A DNA stretch of 34,578 bases from Eubacteriales bacterium (GCA_045649365.1 JAZRPU010000073.1:1-34578), one strand, 5' to 3'. Numbered from the stretch's first letter, positions 17,428-27,863 are shown. Notes: generated from the sequence alone by a model not told the origin. Translations and numbers: made by a program.

Positions 17428-18369
17428 TTATTTCTTTTTCTTTACAACGATTACTACAACCACTGCAATTACAACAACCGCAGCAACGATTCCGATAATA
17501 AGTCCAACAGGAGTTGAGCTATCAGCATTATCATCAGCTTTGGATTCTTCTGCTTTAGATTCTGTTTTAGATTCTTCTGCTTTAGATTCTGTTTTAGATT
17601 CTTCAGCGGATTCTTCTGCAGATGCTTCTACAGATACTTCTGCAGATTCCTCTACAGTAGATTCGTCAACAATTTCTTCAGAAGGTTCATCGGGAACTTC
17701 GGGAGTAGGAATAGAATGTCCATTACCCCAGATTTCGATTTCACTGAAGGACAAGCAATATGCAGGTCCGAAAACCATCAATTGAATAGTTTTTGCGGTA
17801 ATAGGAGTATTGAATTTGAATGTAATATCATAATAACCGTTTTCAGAACCGTCTTCTGTGTGGTTCTTCTTGATTATTTCGTAATCTTTTGTTCTTTTGA
17901 GGTCAGCACCGTTAGGAGAGATGTTGATTATAGCTTTATCATAAGAGAAACCTCTGTTTCCTTTTCCGTTTTCGCCATTTTCCCAACCAAATTCAACGGA
18001 ATCCCAAACGTTACCAAAGGTAATTTCTGTAATGTCATCGTAAGTTGCGCCCAAATCAAAATTGATTGTGTTAACTACGCCTGAACCTGCAAAAACAACG
18101 CTTTCACCGGGGTTTTCGCTGCCTGCAATAACTTTGCCTTCTTCTGTAGTTGTTGTGTAGAAGGGGCTTACACCGTCTGTAAGGATAGTGCAAGAATCGT
18201 CACCGTAGTATTTTGAGCCATCGGTGGATGCAAGGAATGTGGTTGCACTGTCATATTCGTATGTAGCATTAGTTGCATAGTTTACCGCTTCGCCTTCAGC
18301 AGATACGGTTAATGCACACATCGAGCAAAGAACTAACAATGCGATTAAAATTGCTGAAATTTTTTTCAT
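17428..18369 (-). CDS. Membrane-anchored surface protein with a discoidin/F5-8 type C-like domain and acidic stalk
   Basis: Signal peptide; NYA...LTDG...FDLG...GNRGF...SEIEIWG; E/S-rich linker; TM helix plus KKKK. Confidence 0.7.
   Translation of the reverse strand: MKKISAILIALLVLCSMCALTVSAEGEAVNYATNATYEYDSATTFLASTDGSKYYGDDSCTILTDGVSPFYTTTTEEGKVIAGSENPGESVVFAGSGVVNTINFDLGATYDDITEITFGNVWDSVEFGWENGENGKGNRGFSYDKAIINISPNGADLKRTKDYEIIKKNHTEDGSENGYYDITFKFNTPITAKTIQLMVFGPAYCLSFSEIEIWGNGHSIPTPEVPDEPSEEIVDESTVEESAEVSVEASAEESAEESKTESKAEESKTESKAEESKADDNADSSTPVGLIIGIVAAVVVIAVVVVIVVKKKK
17543..17604. repeat. 27-bp coding tandem repeat (KTESKAEES), about 2.3 copies
   Basis: GATTCTTCTGCTTTAGATTCTGTTTTA twice plus a partial copy. 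Confidence 0.9.
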
Positions 18370-18429
18370 GTTTTTTTCCTCCGAAAAATTTTTTTATTAC
18401 ACAAGGCAACCGCCTTGAGTAAAAACCAA

Positions 18430-19062
18430 TTAAGCCTTAACCATGTAAGGATTAAACTGTCTTTCATAAGACAGCTGTGTAGACATTCCATGACCGGGAT
18501 AAACCTTATATTCTCCGGGATAGCGTTTAAGACGCCTCATGGAGTTCATCATCTGATTGATATCTCCGCCATAGAAATCAGTTCTTCCAACCGTTCCTTT
18601 AAAAAGAGTGTCGCCTGTAAACATGTTATCTCCGAAAATATAACAAACAGAGCCTTCCGTATGCCCCGGAGTGTGAAGAACAGTAAACTCAAATCCCTTT
18701 AAATTGTATCTCCCCTCTTTTTCAAAAATAAAGTCTGCGGGAGCAAAGGGTCTTGGGTCGTATGGTAACACCGAAGTAAACGTGTCTTGTTCCGTTAAGG
18801 AATGAGCATCGTTTTTATGAATCGCAACGGTTGTTCTCGCCGTTCTCAAATCCCCAACAGCAAGTATGTGGTCAAAATGTCCGTGAGTAAGAAGTACAAG
18901 GGCGGGGTATGCATTCATATCAAAAAGAACGCTTTTTATAACATTAAGGTCATCGCCCGGGTCAATAACCACCGCAGGACCTCTTTCCGCACCCTCTTTT
19001 CTGAATATATAGCAGTTGGTTTCATAACCAACAACAATTTTTTTGAATATATAGCCTTTCAT
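18430..19062 (-). CDS. MBL-fold metallo-hydrolase (glyoxalase II/YcbL-like)
   Basis: TNCY, IDPG, THGHFDHI, HTPGHTEGS, FTGDTLF, PGHG; start moved to ATG 19062. Confidence 0.9.
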   Translation of the reverse strand: MKGYIFKKIVVGYETNCYIFRKEGAERGPAVVIDPGDDLNVIKSVLFDMNAYPALVLLTHGHFDHILAVGDLRTARTTVAIHKNDAHSLTEQDTFTSVLPYDPRPFAPADFIFEKEGRYNLKGFEFTVLHTPGHTEGSVCYIFGDNMFTGDTLFKGTVGRTDFYGGDINQMMNSMRRLKRYPGEYKVYPGHGMSTQLSYERQFNPYMVKA

Positions 19063-19129
19063 AAACACGGTAAAAAACCTCTGAATTAAAAATAAAACCA
19101 AAAACTCTCTGAATTTTCCACGAATATCA

Positions 19130-19159
19130 GCATAAACGTAATGCATTCGGGACATAATA
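19130..19159 (+). promoter_or_regulatory. Probable SigG-type forespore promoter
   Basis: GCATA-18bp-CATAATA upstream of the coat-protein pair. Confidence 0.55.
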
Positions 19160-19188
19160 CTAACAAATACGAAAGAGAGGTATTCAAA

Positions 19189-19362
19189 ATGAGTCCAAAA
19201 GAATTACAGTACGTTGATGACGCCCTTAGCCACGAACAATTTTTAAAATGCCAATGCGAAAACACCGCACAACGACTTTCAAATGCAGACCTTAAAAACT
19301 TCGTAACGCTTCTTGCCTCTGAACATCAAGAGATTTTCGGGAAAATTTTCTCTACTCTTTAA
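19189..19362 (+). CDS. Small spore-associated helical protein
   Basis: MSPKELQYVDDALSHEQ..., GAGG RBS; typical partner upstream of Coat F-like genes. Confidence 0.65.
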   Translation: MSPKELQYVDDALSHEQFLKCQCENTAQRLSNADLKNFVTLLASEHQEIFGKIFSTL

Positions 19363-19410
19363 TTTTCAAAAGGTCAATCCAAACTAAATTCAATTTACGA
19401 GAGGTATTAT

Positions 19411-19653
19411 ATGGACGACAAAACGTTAATGGAAAACTTGCTTTTAACAACAAAAGGTGCTTGCGACCTTTATCTCCACGGATGTATAGAATCATCCAAT
19501 GAGTCTGTGAGAAACGCTTTTTCTACAGCTCTTGACAAAACCTTGAAAATGCAAAAAGACATTTATGCAAAAATGGAAGCAAACGGTTGGTATGCCAAAG
19601 AAACCGCGCAACAAACAGAAATAGATAAAACTCATCAAAAGTTTTGCTGCTGA
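19411..19653 (+). CDS. Spore coat protein (Coat F-like)
   Basis: MDDKTLMENLLLTTKGACDLYLHGCIESSN...MEANGWY. Confidence 0.8.
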   Translation: MDDKTLMENLLLTTKGACDLYLHGCIESSNESVRNAFSTALDKTLKMQKDIYAKMEANGWYAKETAQQTEIDKTHQKFCC

Positions 19654-19677
19654 TTTCGCTTCAAGCAAATTCAATTC

Positions 19678-19700
19678 AGCCGTCTTGAAAAAGGCGGCTT
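19678..19700. terminator. Terminator between convergent genes
   Basis: AGCCGTCTT-GAAA-AAGGCGGCT. Confidence 0.7.
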
Positions 19701-19725
19701 ACTTATTTCATTCAAACAATAAAGC

Positions 19726-20085
19726 TTATTTTCTGTAATACTTATAATACGCCAGAACTGTTCTTACTTGTTCCAAATCCAAATCAAAGCCCGTTATCGT
19801 TGCTCCTTCAAGACTCATGAATTCCCAAGCCTCCATTTGCAAAACAACGGTACGAAACATAACCTGACCACCGCAAATTACTGCAAGCTCATCTCCTGAA
19901 ACGTGGATAAAGCCTTCTCTGCCAATGATTCTTTCCTCTCCCTTTTCATCTCTTTCAAGGAGGTAGCGAATATGCATTCCGTCAAGCTTATTTGCCATGT
20001 ATCTTTTAAACTTCGGACTTTTCGGATCTTTCGGGGGTTTATCCTTTCGGAAACCCAATTTATCTAAAAAAGACATATTAACCAA
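19726..20085 (-). CDS. Hypothetical protein
   Basis: 119-aa ORF overlapping the stop of the upstream gene. Confidence 0.7.
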   Translation of the reverse strand: MVNMSFLDKLGFRKDKPPKDPKSPKFKRYMANKLDGMHIRYLLERDEKGEERIIGREGFIHVSGDELAVICGGQVMFRTVVLQMEAWEFMSLEGATITGFDLDLEQVRTVLAYYKYYRK

Positions 20086-21358
20086 CCATTATTTCGTTTA
20101 TCTCACGAATGATTTTGGACATATAAGTATAGTTGCTTGAAGCGCCTGAACTGTTGTATGTATAAAGCACGAGAATATAGGGCTCGTCTGCCATTACAAT
20201 AGCGCAATCATGATGATATCCGCTACCCGAGCCACTCTTGTGAGCAACCTCGTATTCATAGCCTAAAGCTTTATCTATCATGTTGCCGGTAGCGTTAACA
20301 AAAGTTGTGTAAAGAGAGCTTCCCAAAGAATCTTCTCTGCAGAAATTGTAAATTTCATTCCACCAGAGTGCCGCATCTCTTGCGGAAACTTTGGGCCAAT
20401 TTTCTTTTGCAAGAAGATAGTTATCACATCCCATATCCTTGCACATATTGGAGATTCCCTCTGCGCTGAGATAATCTCTTAACATAATATAAGCAGAGTT
20501 ATCACTATGTAAGATAGAATATGATACTAAAGATTTAAGCGTATATTTTGTTCCCGAAGCAGACTTTTTGATAATTCCGCTTCCCGGATAGTAATACTTT
20601 GAAGAAGTATAAGTCATCTTTGTGGAAAGATTAAGCTTTCCTTCTGATGCAAGCTTATAGGCGTAAAGCGCGGTGGGAGCTTTGAAGGTTGACATACATC
20701 TCCATTGCTCGTCAACGTTATAGCCAATGCTTGCTCCGTCGCTGATTCTGATTGCAAGGAAGCTGGCATCACAGCGGGAATTTGACTTTATAGCCGCCAT
20801 AAGCGCGCTTGTATCTTCCGAAAGGTCATTTTTCGACGATTGGATAACCGTAACGGAATCAGCAGAATATTTATTATTTTGTATCAAGCTTGCAAGTCCG
20901 TTGGCGGGAGCAATAAGTGAAACGTTTTCATTTTTATTTGAAGTGCTTCCCGAAGTATTTCCCGAAGGATTCTGAACAGGCTTTGAAGACCCGTTTGCCT
21001 GATTTTTAAGAGCCAGCAACGTAGCGTATGAAGCTTGTGCTCCCAAAGAGCCGGCACTCGTTCCTTGCAGCTTAACAGTTGAAACCTTATCGCTGGAAGC
21101 AGTTTCATCTGACGGAACGTAGAAAAAGATATCTTCACCGTCAAATTCAGGAATATCCAAAACAATTTCTGTGTCTGCAGTCCCGAACAATATTTCACCG
21201 GGCTCTGTTATTGCAAGCGACCCCTTATAGTCGGGAAGCTCGCTCATAGATGAGCTTGCCTGACACGAGGAAAGGAGAAGCGCAACAGAAGCAAGAGCTA
21301 CAGAAGATATTCTCTTGAGCAGACGGGAGCTATTCAACCTTTTAAATTTTAAAGTCAT
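20078..21358 (-). CDS. Lipoprotein serine hydrolase with a class A beta-lactamase-like (PBP-like) fold
   Basis: Lipobox LSSC; SxxK (STFK), SDN and KSG motifs. Confidence 0.85.
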   Translation of the reverse strand: MTLKFKRLNSSRLLKRISSVALASVALLLSSCQASSSMSELPDYKGSLAITEPGEILFGTADTEIVLDIPEFDGEDIFFYVPSDETASSDKVSTVKLQGTSAGSLGAQASYATLLALKNQANGSSKPVQNPSGNTSGSTSNKNENVSLIAPANGLASLIQNNKYSADSVTVIQSSKNDLSEDTSALMAAIKSNSRCDASFLAIRISDGASIGYNVDEQWRCMSTFKAPTALYAYKLASEGKLNLSTKMTYTSSKYYYPGSGIIKKSASGTKYTLKSLVSYSILHSDNSAYIMLRDYLSAEGISNMCKDMGCDNYLLAKENWPKVSARDAALWWNEIYNFCREDSLGSSLYTTFVNATGNMIDKALGYEYEVAHKSGSGSGYHHDCAIVMADEPYILVLYTYNSSGASSNYTYMSKIIREINEIMVG

Positions 21359-21505
21359 AATACTTAACCTTACTCAAATTAATTATTCAAATTTTGCAAA
21401 TGATTCAATGCATTTGTGGGAACTCTTATATAAATCATATTTAATCATATTTAAATTCCAACGCACAAAAGGGCAAACCACCCCCTTGATTTTTTTACCA
21501 ATAGA

Positions 21506-21534
21506 ATTGTATCACAAAAAAACAAGTCTGTCAA
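21506..21534 (-). promoter_or_regulatory. Sigma-A promoter for the serine hydrolase gene
   Basis: TTGACA-17bp-TACAAT with TG extension. Confidence 0.7.
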
Positions 21535-21572
21535 CACCCATTTTTGTTTAAAAAGTCAAAAAGCACCCTTTG

Positions 21573-22973
21573 TCAGATTCTCACAATCTGATATGCATTA
21601 ATTTTTTCAGCTTCTTTTTCGTCATGAGTGATAAAAATAACTGTTTTACCCGCAATATATTTTTTCACCGTTCGTATAACCGAATCTTTAGTTTTTTCGT
21701 CAAGTCCTTTGAAGGGCTCGTCTAAAATAAGCAAATCACCATCTGCGCATGACGCTCTGCAGATAGAAACTCTCCGTTTCATTCCTCCGGAAAGTCTGGA
21801 GGATTTTTTCTTCAAAGAATCTTCTTTTGAAAGTCCCATTTCAGAAAGAAGATTTAAGATATCTTCCCCGCTTTTTTTCTTTCCCGATACCGCCGCCACG
21901 TTTCCTATGGGCGTAAATTCTTCAGAAAGTCTGTCTTCTTGAAAAACTGCAGATATTTTTTCGGGAACTCCTTCTATTTTTCCGCTGTCAACGTCTTCAA
22001 GTCCCAATATCATGTTAACTATAGTTGTTTTTCCGCTTCCCGATTCACCAAGAAGCACCGTTACACCCGTTGAAAATTCGGCAGAGAAATTCTCAAGAAT
22101 CTTTTCATTTCCAAAGCTTTTTGAAACGTTGGAAAGCTTCACCGTGCATTTTTGTGTTTCTTCTCCCAAAGAGCTTGTCTTTTTAGGATAAGGAGAAATG
22201 AAGCAAAGGGAAAATAGACCCTTTAAAGCAAGAGAAAAAAGCTTTTCCGTGCCAATGCTCAAGGCAACGATTATCACAGTCCATGCAAGAAGCGTTTCTG
22301 TGTCAAGGTAAACCTTCGATTCAAATAACACCTCACCGATTGACCCGTCGGGAATACCGATAATTTCAGCGGCTATACCCGATTTCCAAGCAAGCCCCGA
22401 TGCAACTGCCGAGCCTGAAATCAAATAAGGCTTCACCGCGGGCAACCACAAATATTTGAGGCGAACGGAAAACGGAAGCTTAAAAACCTTTGCCATTTGT
22501 GTCATTTTAACGTCAAGACTTTTTATGCCTTGCAAAACGTTTGTGTAGATAATAGGCAAAACCATTAAAAAAGAAATAAACGAAGAAAGATTTTCAGACC
22601 CAAACCAAAGCAGGCTCAAAACTACAAAGGAAGCAACAGGAACAGCTTTAACCGTTGAAACAAAAGGCTTTAGCAATATTTCAACGTTTTCCCACTTTCC
22701 AGCAACTACCGCAAGAACAGTTCCTATAAATGCCCCTGCCAAAAATCCTGCAATAATTCTTCCAAAGCTGAAAGCAAGTACAGAAAGGAACGTTTTTTCT
22801 CGCAAAAGCTCAATTAACCTTCCGAAAACGTCGGTGGGAGAAGCAAGAATTATATTCTGGTCAATCTTCACAGCAACTGCTTGCCAAAGAGCGAGTGCAA
22901 AAAACGAGGCGACCAAAAGCTTTATTTTTTTGTTAATCTTTTTGTTTTTCAAAAGTCCCACCCTCCGTTTCAT
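21573..22973 (-). CDS. Fused ABC permease plus ATPase (NitT/TauT, SsuC/SsuB-like)
   Basis: N-terminal TM domain (PVASFVVL, WKSGIAAEII); Walker A GESGSGKT, LSGGM, LILDEPF, ITHD; alternative TTG start at 22952 after GGAGG. Confidence 0.88.
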   Translation of the reverse strand: MKRRVGLLKNKKINKKIKLLVASFFALALWQAVAVKIDQNIILASPTDVFGRLIELLREKTFLSVLAFSFGRIIAGFLAGAFIGTVLAVVAGKWENVEILLKPFVSTVKAVPVASFVVLSLLWFGSENLSSFISFLMVLPIIYTNVLQGIKSLDVKMTQMAKVFKLPFSVRLKYLWLPAVKPYLISGSAVASGLAWKSGIAAEIIGIPDGSIGEVLFESKVYLDTETLLAWTVIIVALSIGTEKLFSLALKGLFSLCFISPYPKKTSSLGEETQKCTVKLSNVSKSFGNEKILENFSAEFSTGVTVLLGESGSGKTTIVNMILGLEDVDSGKIEGVPEKISAVFQEDRLSEEFTPIGNVAAVSGKKKSGEDILNLLSEMGLSKEDSLKKKSSRLSGGMKRRVSICRASCADGDLLILDEPFKGLDEKTKDSVIRTVKKYIAGKTVIFITHDEKEAEKINAYQIVRI

Positions 22974-22989
22974 GATATTTTCGGGAAAA

Positions 22990-23021
22990 TTTTACCGACA
23001 GACTTTTGCCCGTCGGTAAAA
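22990..23021 (-). terminator. Hairpin/terminator after the DUF2752-like gene
   Basis: TTTTACCGAC...GTCGGTAAAA. Confidence 0.55.
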
Positions 23022-23024
23022 CAC

Positions 23025-23447
23025 TCATACTATTTTGTAAAGAACGGGTAAAATATTCCGTCCAAGTAAATAAGCAAGAACTATCCCGCCCGTTACAGCA
23101 ACAAGCTTTATGTTGCACAGCCTTAAGAGAAAGTTTTTCGCTTTTTCAGAATGGAAAATCCACGAAGCGTTCAAAAGAACAAGCAAAACCAAAAGAGCAA
23201 ACAACAAAACGGGAACGAAAGCATTATAGCTGAAAGCTTCAAATATTTGTCCTCTGCTCAAAGCGTTAACACAACGCGTTCCGCCGCAAGTAAGACATTT
23301 GATACCCAGCTTTTTATAAATTTCACAATCCCCAAGTCTGCTCATCATCATTTCCGTTATTTTGCGAGAGAAAAGAGAAACGGAAACGAAAAGCAAATCC
23401 AATGAAACCGCAAGGGCTATTTTCCATTTATCGTTTTTCAGATACAT
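23025..23447 (-). CDS. DUF2752-like membrane protein
   Basis: C...GIKCLTCGGTR...A..YN motif with TM helices. Confidence 0.8.
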   Translation of the reverse strand: MYLKNDKWKIALAVSLDLLFVSVSLFSRKITEMMMSRLGDCEIYKKLGIKCLTCGGTRCVNALSRGQIFEAFSYNAFVPVLLFALLVLLVLLNASWIFHSEKAKNFLLRLCNIKLVAVTGGIVLAYLLGRNILPVLYKIV

Positions 23448-23450
23448 GCA

Positions 23451-24119
23451 TTAAATGGTAAATTCAGATCCCGCATAATATCCTTCGCGAAAAGCTTCTT
23501 TAAATTCTTCACCATAGCCGAGAGAGAAAATAAGAACTACCATAAGCACCAAAAGGAGCCAGAAAGCGAAGTGAACAATAGAGATAATCATTCCCGCTGT
23601 AGCGAGTCCGTTTTTCTGGTTTACTTTGCGAGCTTTGGAACGACCTATGATAGAGAAAATAAGAGCCATAGTGTTAGTTATAGCAACCATTATTATTCCG
23701 CCGATACAGCAGCTGAAGAAGGAAACCAAGCTCAACACAAAACCCGCAATTCCCAAACCTTTTCCGGGTTTTTCAGGCTCTGACGGTTGTTGATAGGAAT
23801 ATCCGCCCTGTTGTCCGTATTGATTAGGTGTATATTGATTATATTGATTTTGCGTATATTGATTAGGCGTGTATTGATTATATTGATTTTGTGTATATTG
23901 ATTAGGTGTGTATTGATTATTCTGACCTGCTGAAACGTATGGATTGTTTTGCATGGGGGAAGATGGATTATTATATCCATTATAATTATTATCCAAAGGC
24001 TGATTGTTTTCTACTATAGGTTTGTCGTTCAATAAAGAAGCTTCGCTTGCATTTTGAGATGATTCATTGTTTTCAGGAGTTTCGTTAACACCATTGTTTT
24101 TTTCATTGTAATTATCCAT
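23451..24119 (-). CDS. DUF4190-like membrane protein with an N/Q/Y-rich low-complexity N-terminus
   Basis: GLGIAGFVLSLVS, FSIIG, GLATAGMIISIV; disordered repeat region. Confidence 0.75.
   Translation of the reverse strand: MDNYNEKNNGVNETPENNESSQNASEASLLNDKPIVENNQPLDNNYNGYNNPSSPMQNNPYVSAGQNNQYTPNQYTQNQYNQYTPNQYTQNQYNQYTPNQYGQQGGYSYQQPSEPEKPGKGLGIAGFVLSLVSFFSCCIGGIIMVAITNTMALIFSIIGRSKARKVNQKNGLATAGMIISIVHFAFWLLLVLMVVLIFSLGYGEEFKEAFREGYYAGSEFTI
23818..23920. repeat. 39-bp coding tandem repeat (QYTPNQYTQNQYN), about 2.6 copies
   Basis: Units start at 23818, 23857 and 23896. Confidence 0.9.
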
Positions 24120-24159
24120 TGTTATACCTCCGTAATCTTGTTTTAATTATATCATGTAA

Positions 24160-25293
24160 TTATTTCGTTTGCAATAGTTTTTTTGATATTTCAACAACTT
24201 TATTACAAAAAACAGAAATTTCTTCTTCCGTGTTGGAATAGGTAATTCCCACTCTTATAGCCGATTCTGCCAAGCTACGTTCTAATCCGAAAGCTTTAAG
24301 AATTCTGTTTTCTTTTGCATGAGTCGAACAAGCAGAAGATGCGGAAACAAAAATCCCGTCAGCAGACAAGCTGTTTATAACCGTTTCGCTTTTAATTCCG
24401 GGAATAGAAAAATTAAGCACAGAACAAACAGATTTTTCGGGAAGATTAAGAACAACTCTTTCTCCCAAAGAATCAATAAGCTTTTGAGAAAGAATGTTTT
24501 TTAAACCAAGAATATGAGAATTTCTTTCTGATTTCTCATCATTCCAAGCTTTTACAGCGGCAGAAAACGCCATTATGCCAACGGTGTTTTCTGTTCCCGA
24601 CCGAAATCCGCTTTCTTGTCCACCGCCTTTTACAAAAGGCTCTATTTTCAGTCCCTTTTTCAGATAAAGACCGCCACAGCCTTTCAATCCCCCAATTTTA
24701 TGAGCAGATACAGAAGCCGCATCGCAGTATTTTGAAAAAGGTTCTGAAACCTTCATAAAGCTTTGGACACAATCGGAATGAAAAAGCGATCCGCAACCGC
24801 TTTCGTCAATTTCCTCCCTTATTTTCTCCAAATCGTAAAGCGCACCCGTTTCGTTATTTGCTTGCATCATAGTAACAAGACAAGTCTTTTGAGAAAGCGC
24901 CTTTTGAAGCATTTCAAAATCCAATTTTCCCGACACAGTTGGGATTCTTATTATCTCATAACCATTTTTCTCAAGATAAAGAAGAGGTTCTTCAACAGAG
25001 GGATGCTCCGAATCCGTCGTTACAATACGTTTTGAGTGACGGGAGTTTTTTTGTGCAAGTCCCAAAATGGCAGTATTATTACTTTCGCTCCCACCCGACG
25101 TGAAAAACAATTCGGCAGGTTGACATTTCATGGCAGAAGAAACGTTTTTTCTCGCCTCTCTCACCATAGAAGCAGCCACACCGCCAAGGGAGTGAGGAGA
25201 AGAAGGATTACCGAAATTTTCCATTGCAGATAATGCAGCCTCAACCGCTTTTGCATCGGGCTTTGTCGTGGATGAATTATCAAGATATATCAT
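24160..25293 (-). CDS. Cysteine desulfurase (IscS/NifS family)
   Basis: YLDNSSTT, GNPSS, FTSGGSES, EHPSV, NNETG, SAHK, RSGTEN, SASSACS; ATG 25293. Confidence 0.92.
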   Translation of the reverse strand: MIYLDNSSTTKPDAKAVEAALSAMENFGNPSSPHSLGGVAASMVREARKNVSSAMKCQPAELFFTSGGSESNNTAILGLAQKNSRHSKRIVTTDSEHPSVEEPLLYLEKNGYEIIRIPTVSGKLDFEMLQKALSQKTCLVTMMQANNETGALYDLEKIREEIDESGCGSLFHSDCVQSFMKVSEPFSKYCDAASVSAHKIGGLKGCGGLYLKKGLKIEPFVKGGGQESGFRSGTENTVGIMAFSAAVKAWNDEKSERNSHILGLKNILSQKLIDSLGERVVLNLPEKSVCSVLNFSIPGIKSETVINSLSADGIFVSASSACSTHAKENRILKAFGLERSLAESAIRVGITYSNTEEEISVFCNKVVEISKKLLQTK

Positions 25294-25336
25294 AAAACTT
25301 TCCTCAATTCGCTCAAAGGTTTTATTCATCGTCAAA

Positions 25337-25365
25337 ATTATACTACAAAAATAAAAAAAAGTCAA
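25337..25365 (-). promoter_or_regulatory. Sigma-A promoter for the cysteine desulfurase gene
   Basis: TTGACT-17bp-TATAAT. Confidence 0.65.
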
Positions 25366-25418
25366 TTTTTTACTGTTTTTTTATCTATTTTTTTCATAAC
25401 ATTTTTTTCCTTAAGGTA

Positions 25419-25447
25419 TTTACTTTTTGTTCGTTTTAGTGTATAAT
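25419..25447 (+). promoter_or_regulatory. Sigma-A promoter for the rny operon
   Basis: TTTACT-17bp-TATAAT. Confidence 0.55.
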
Positions 25448-25540
25448 ATAATTAGTTTGAATTATGAGGGATTTTTTGAACTTTTTTCGGATAAAACAAT
25501 TTCTTTTGGTTCAGACAATTACATATATCAGGAGGTACAA

Positions 25541-27085
25541 ATGGACAAAACAGTTGTTGGCATCATTTGCGCAATTGTTGGCTTATGTTTGGGCTTTCTT
25601 GCCGGTTTTATATACCGCAAATTCATTGCCGAAAAAGCAATTGGAACAGCGGAAAAAGAAGCAGTCAGAATAGTTGAACAAGCCAAAAAAGACGGCGAAT
25701 CAAAAAAGAAAGAGCTTTTGCTCGAAGCCAAGGAAGAAACCTTGAAAATCAAAAACGAGCATGAACGCGAAAACAAGGAAAGCAGAGCTGAAATTGCCAG
25801 AATGGAAAAAAGAGCAATTCAGAAAGAAGAATCCTTGGACAAAAAATTAGAAGCGCTCCAAAAGAAAGAAGAGCTTCTTGCAGAAAAGTTAAAGGCTAAT
25901 GAAGCCGAAGTCGAAAAAATCAACGAGTTGAAAGCAAAACAACTTCAAGAACTCGAAAGAATATCGGGAATGACAACCGAAGAAGCGAAAGAGCTTATCG
26001 TTTCCAAGGTAGAAGACGAAGCAAAAATCACAGCGGCAAAACGTTTGGTAGCTATTGAAGCCGACCTTAAAGAAACCGCTGAAGAAAAAGCTAAAGAAAT
26101 TATCGTAACCGCAATGCAGAGAATAGCCTCTGACAGCGTTGCAGAAAAAACAGTTTCCGTTGTAGACCTTCCCAACGATGAAATGAAAGGCAGAATTATC
26201 GGACGTGAAGGTAGAAATATCAGAACAATCGAAACACTTGCAGGTGTTGACCTTATTATCGACGATACTTCAGATGCTATTACAATCTCCACTTTCGACC
26301 CAACGAGAAGAGAAATTGCAAGAATTGCTCTTGAAAACCTTGTAGCAGATGGAAGAATCCATCCATCGCGCATTGAAGAAATGATAGAAAAGAGTCGCAA
26401 AGAGGTAGAAAACACAATCAAAAAAGAAGGTGAACAAGCCACATACGAAACAGGTGTTCACGGTGTTAACTCCGAGCTTATCAAAACGCTAGGTAAACTT
26501 AAATTCCGTACAAGCTACGGTCAGAACGTTCTCCGACATTCTATCGAAGTTGCACACCTTTCAGGTATGATAGCAAAAGAGCTTGGCGTTGATGCTTATA
26601 TAGCCAAACGTGCAGGTCTTCTTCATGATATCGGCAAGGCAACAAGCCAGGAAGCAGGCGGCTCACACGTTCAAATCGGCGTAGAACTTGCTAAAAAATA
26701 CAAGGAAAACAAAGACGTTGTACATGCAATTGAAGCGCACCACGGTGACGTTGAAGCAAAGAGCGTTTACGCTATAATCGTTCAGGTTGCAGACGCTATA
26801 TCCGCGGCAAGACCAGGTGCAAGAAGAGATAACCTTGAAAACTACATTCGCAGATTACAAAGACTTGAAGAAATTGCAACAGGCTTTGAAGGTATTGAAA
26901 AAGCATTCGCAATTCAAGCGGGAAGAGAAATTCGCGTTCTCGTAAATCCCGAAATGATAAGCGATGCAGACATGATACTCAAAGCAAGAGATATTGCAAC
27001 AAAAATAGAAGAAGAATTGGAATATCCGGGTCAAGTTAAGATAAACATGATAAGAGAAACGAGAGTTTTCGATTATGCCAAATAA
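25541..27085 (+). CDS. rny: Ribonuclease Y
   Basis: N-terminal TM, coiled coil, KH domain ([14 protein letters not shown]), HD domain (LLHDIGK), RPGAR; ATG 25541 after AGGAGG. Confidence 0.97.
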   Translation: MDKTVVGIICAIVGLCLGFLAGFIYRKFIAEKAIGTAEKEAVRIVEQAKKDGESKKKELLLEAKEETLKIKNEHERENKESRAEIARMEKRAIQKEESLDKKLEALQKKEELLAEKLKANEAEVEKINELKAKQLQELERISGMTTEEAKELIVSKVEDEAKITAAKRLVAIEADLKETAEEKAKEIIVTAMQRIASDSVAEKTVSVVDLPNDEMKGRIIGREGRNIRTIETLAGVDLIIDDTSDAITISTFDPTRREIARIALENLVADGRIHPSRIEEMIEKSRKEVENTIKKEGEQATYETGVHGVNSELIKTLGKLKFRTSYGQNVLRHSIEVAHLSGMIAKELGVDAYIAKRAGLLHDIGKATSQEAGGSHVQIGVELAKKYKENKDVVHAIEAHHGDVEAKSVYAIIVQVADAISAARPGARRDNLENYIRRLQRLEEIATGFEGIEKAFAIQAGREIRVLVNPEMISDADMILKARDIATKIEEELEYPGQVKINMIRETRVFDYAK

Positions 27086-27863
27086 TTCTTTGGTTGTTCT
27101 TACGCTGGGAGATGTTACAGGACAAGCAGCTTTGGATTACGTTTGCTCAAAGCTTCGCAAAATAAAGCTTTTATACGGTGCAGACGTTGTTATAGTCAAC
27201 GGCGAAAACGCTTCAAAAAGCGGTGGTTTAGACGGTGAAGACGCCAAACGATTGCTCAATTCGGGAGCAGACGTTGTTACAGGCGGAAATCACACTTTAA
27301 GAGGCAGAAGAATTTCAGAAGCCATGGAAGAATATCCCGAAATTATTCGTCCTTTAAACTTTCAGGAATCATGTCCGGGAAAAGGATACGTTGTAATAAC
27401 CGTTAAAAACGGATTAAAGCTTTTGGTTTTAAACGTGGCGGGTCAAGTATATATGGACCCTGCAGATTCTCCCTTTGCTTGCACAGACAGATTATTATCC
27501 AACGTTAAATATGATTATTCCATTGCCGACTTCCACGGAGAAGCGACAAGTGAAAAAGCGGCTTTTGCCAGATATTTTGACGGAAGAATCAATTTTATAT
27601 TCGGAACGCATACTCACGTTCAAACAGCAGATGAAACTTATCTTCCGAAAGGAAGTGGTTTTATTACCGATTTGGGAATGTGTGGCCCTATAGATTCCAT
27701 TTTAGGAACAGACCCGCAAGTGATTATTAACCGAATGGTAAAAAGAGAGCTTGCCCCTTTCACAAAAGCAACAGGCTCAATAAAAATCTGCGGTGCGGCA
27801 GTTACAATCAACACAAGCACAGGATACGTTACTGAAATTAAACGAATCCAGTTTTCAGAATAA
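27075..27863 (+). CDS. ymdB: YmdB-family metallophosphoesterase
   Basis: [44 protein letters not shown]; directly after rny. Confidence 0.93.
   Translation: MPNNSLVVLTLGDVTGQAALDYVCSKLRKIKLLYGADVVIVNGENASKSGGLDGEDAKRLLNSGADVVTGGNHTLRGRRISEAMEEYPEIIRPLNFQESCPGKGYVVITVKNGLKLLVLNVAGQVYMDPADSPFACTDRLLSNVKYDYSIADFHGEATSEKAAFARYFDGRINFIFGTHTHVQTADETYLPKGSGFITDLGMCGPIDSILGTDPQVIINRMVKRELAPFTKATGSIKICGAAVTINTSTGYVTEIKRIQFSE

Noticed and set aside
25343-25360. Phase-variable homopolymer in the cysteine desulfurase promoter spacer
   Set aside because: An 8-base A-run is common in this AT-rich genome and there is no evidence of length variation.
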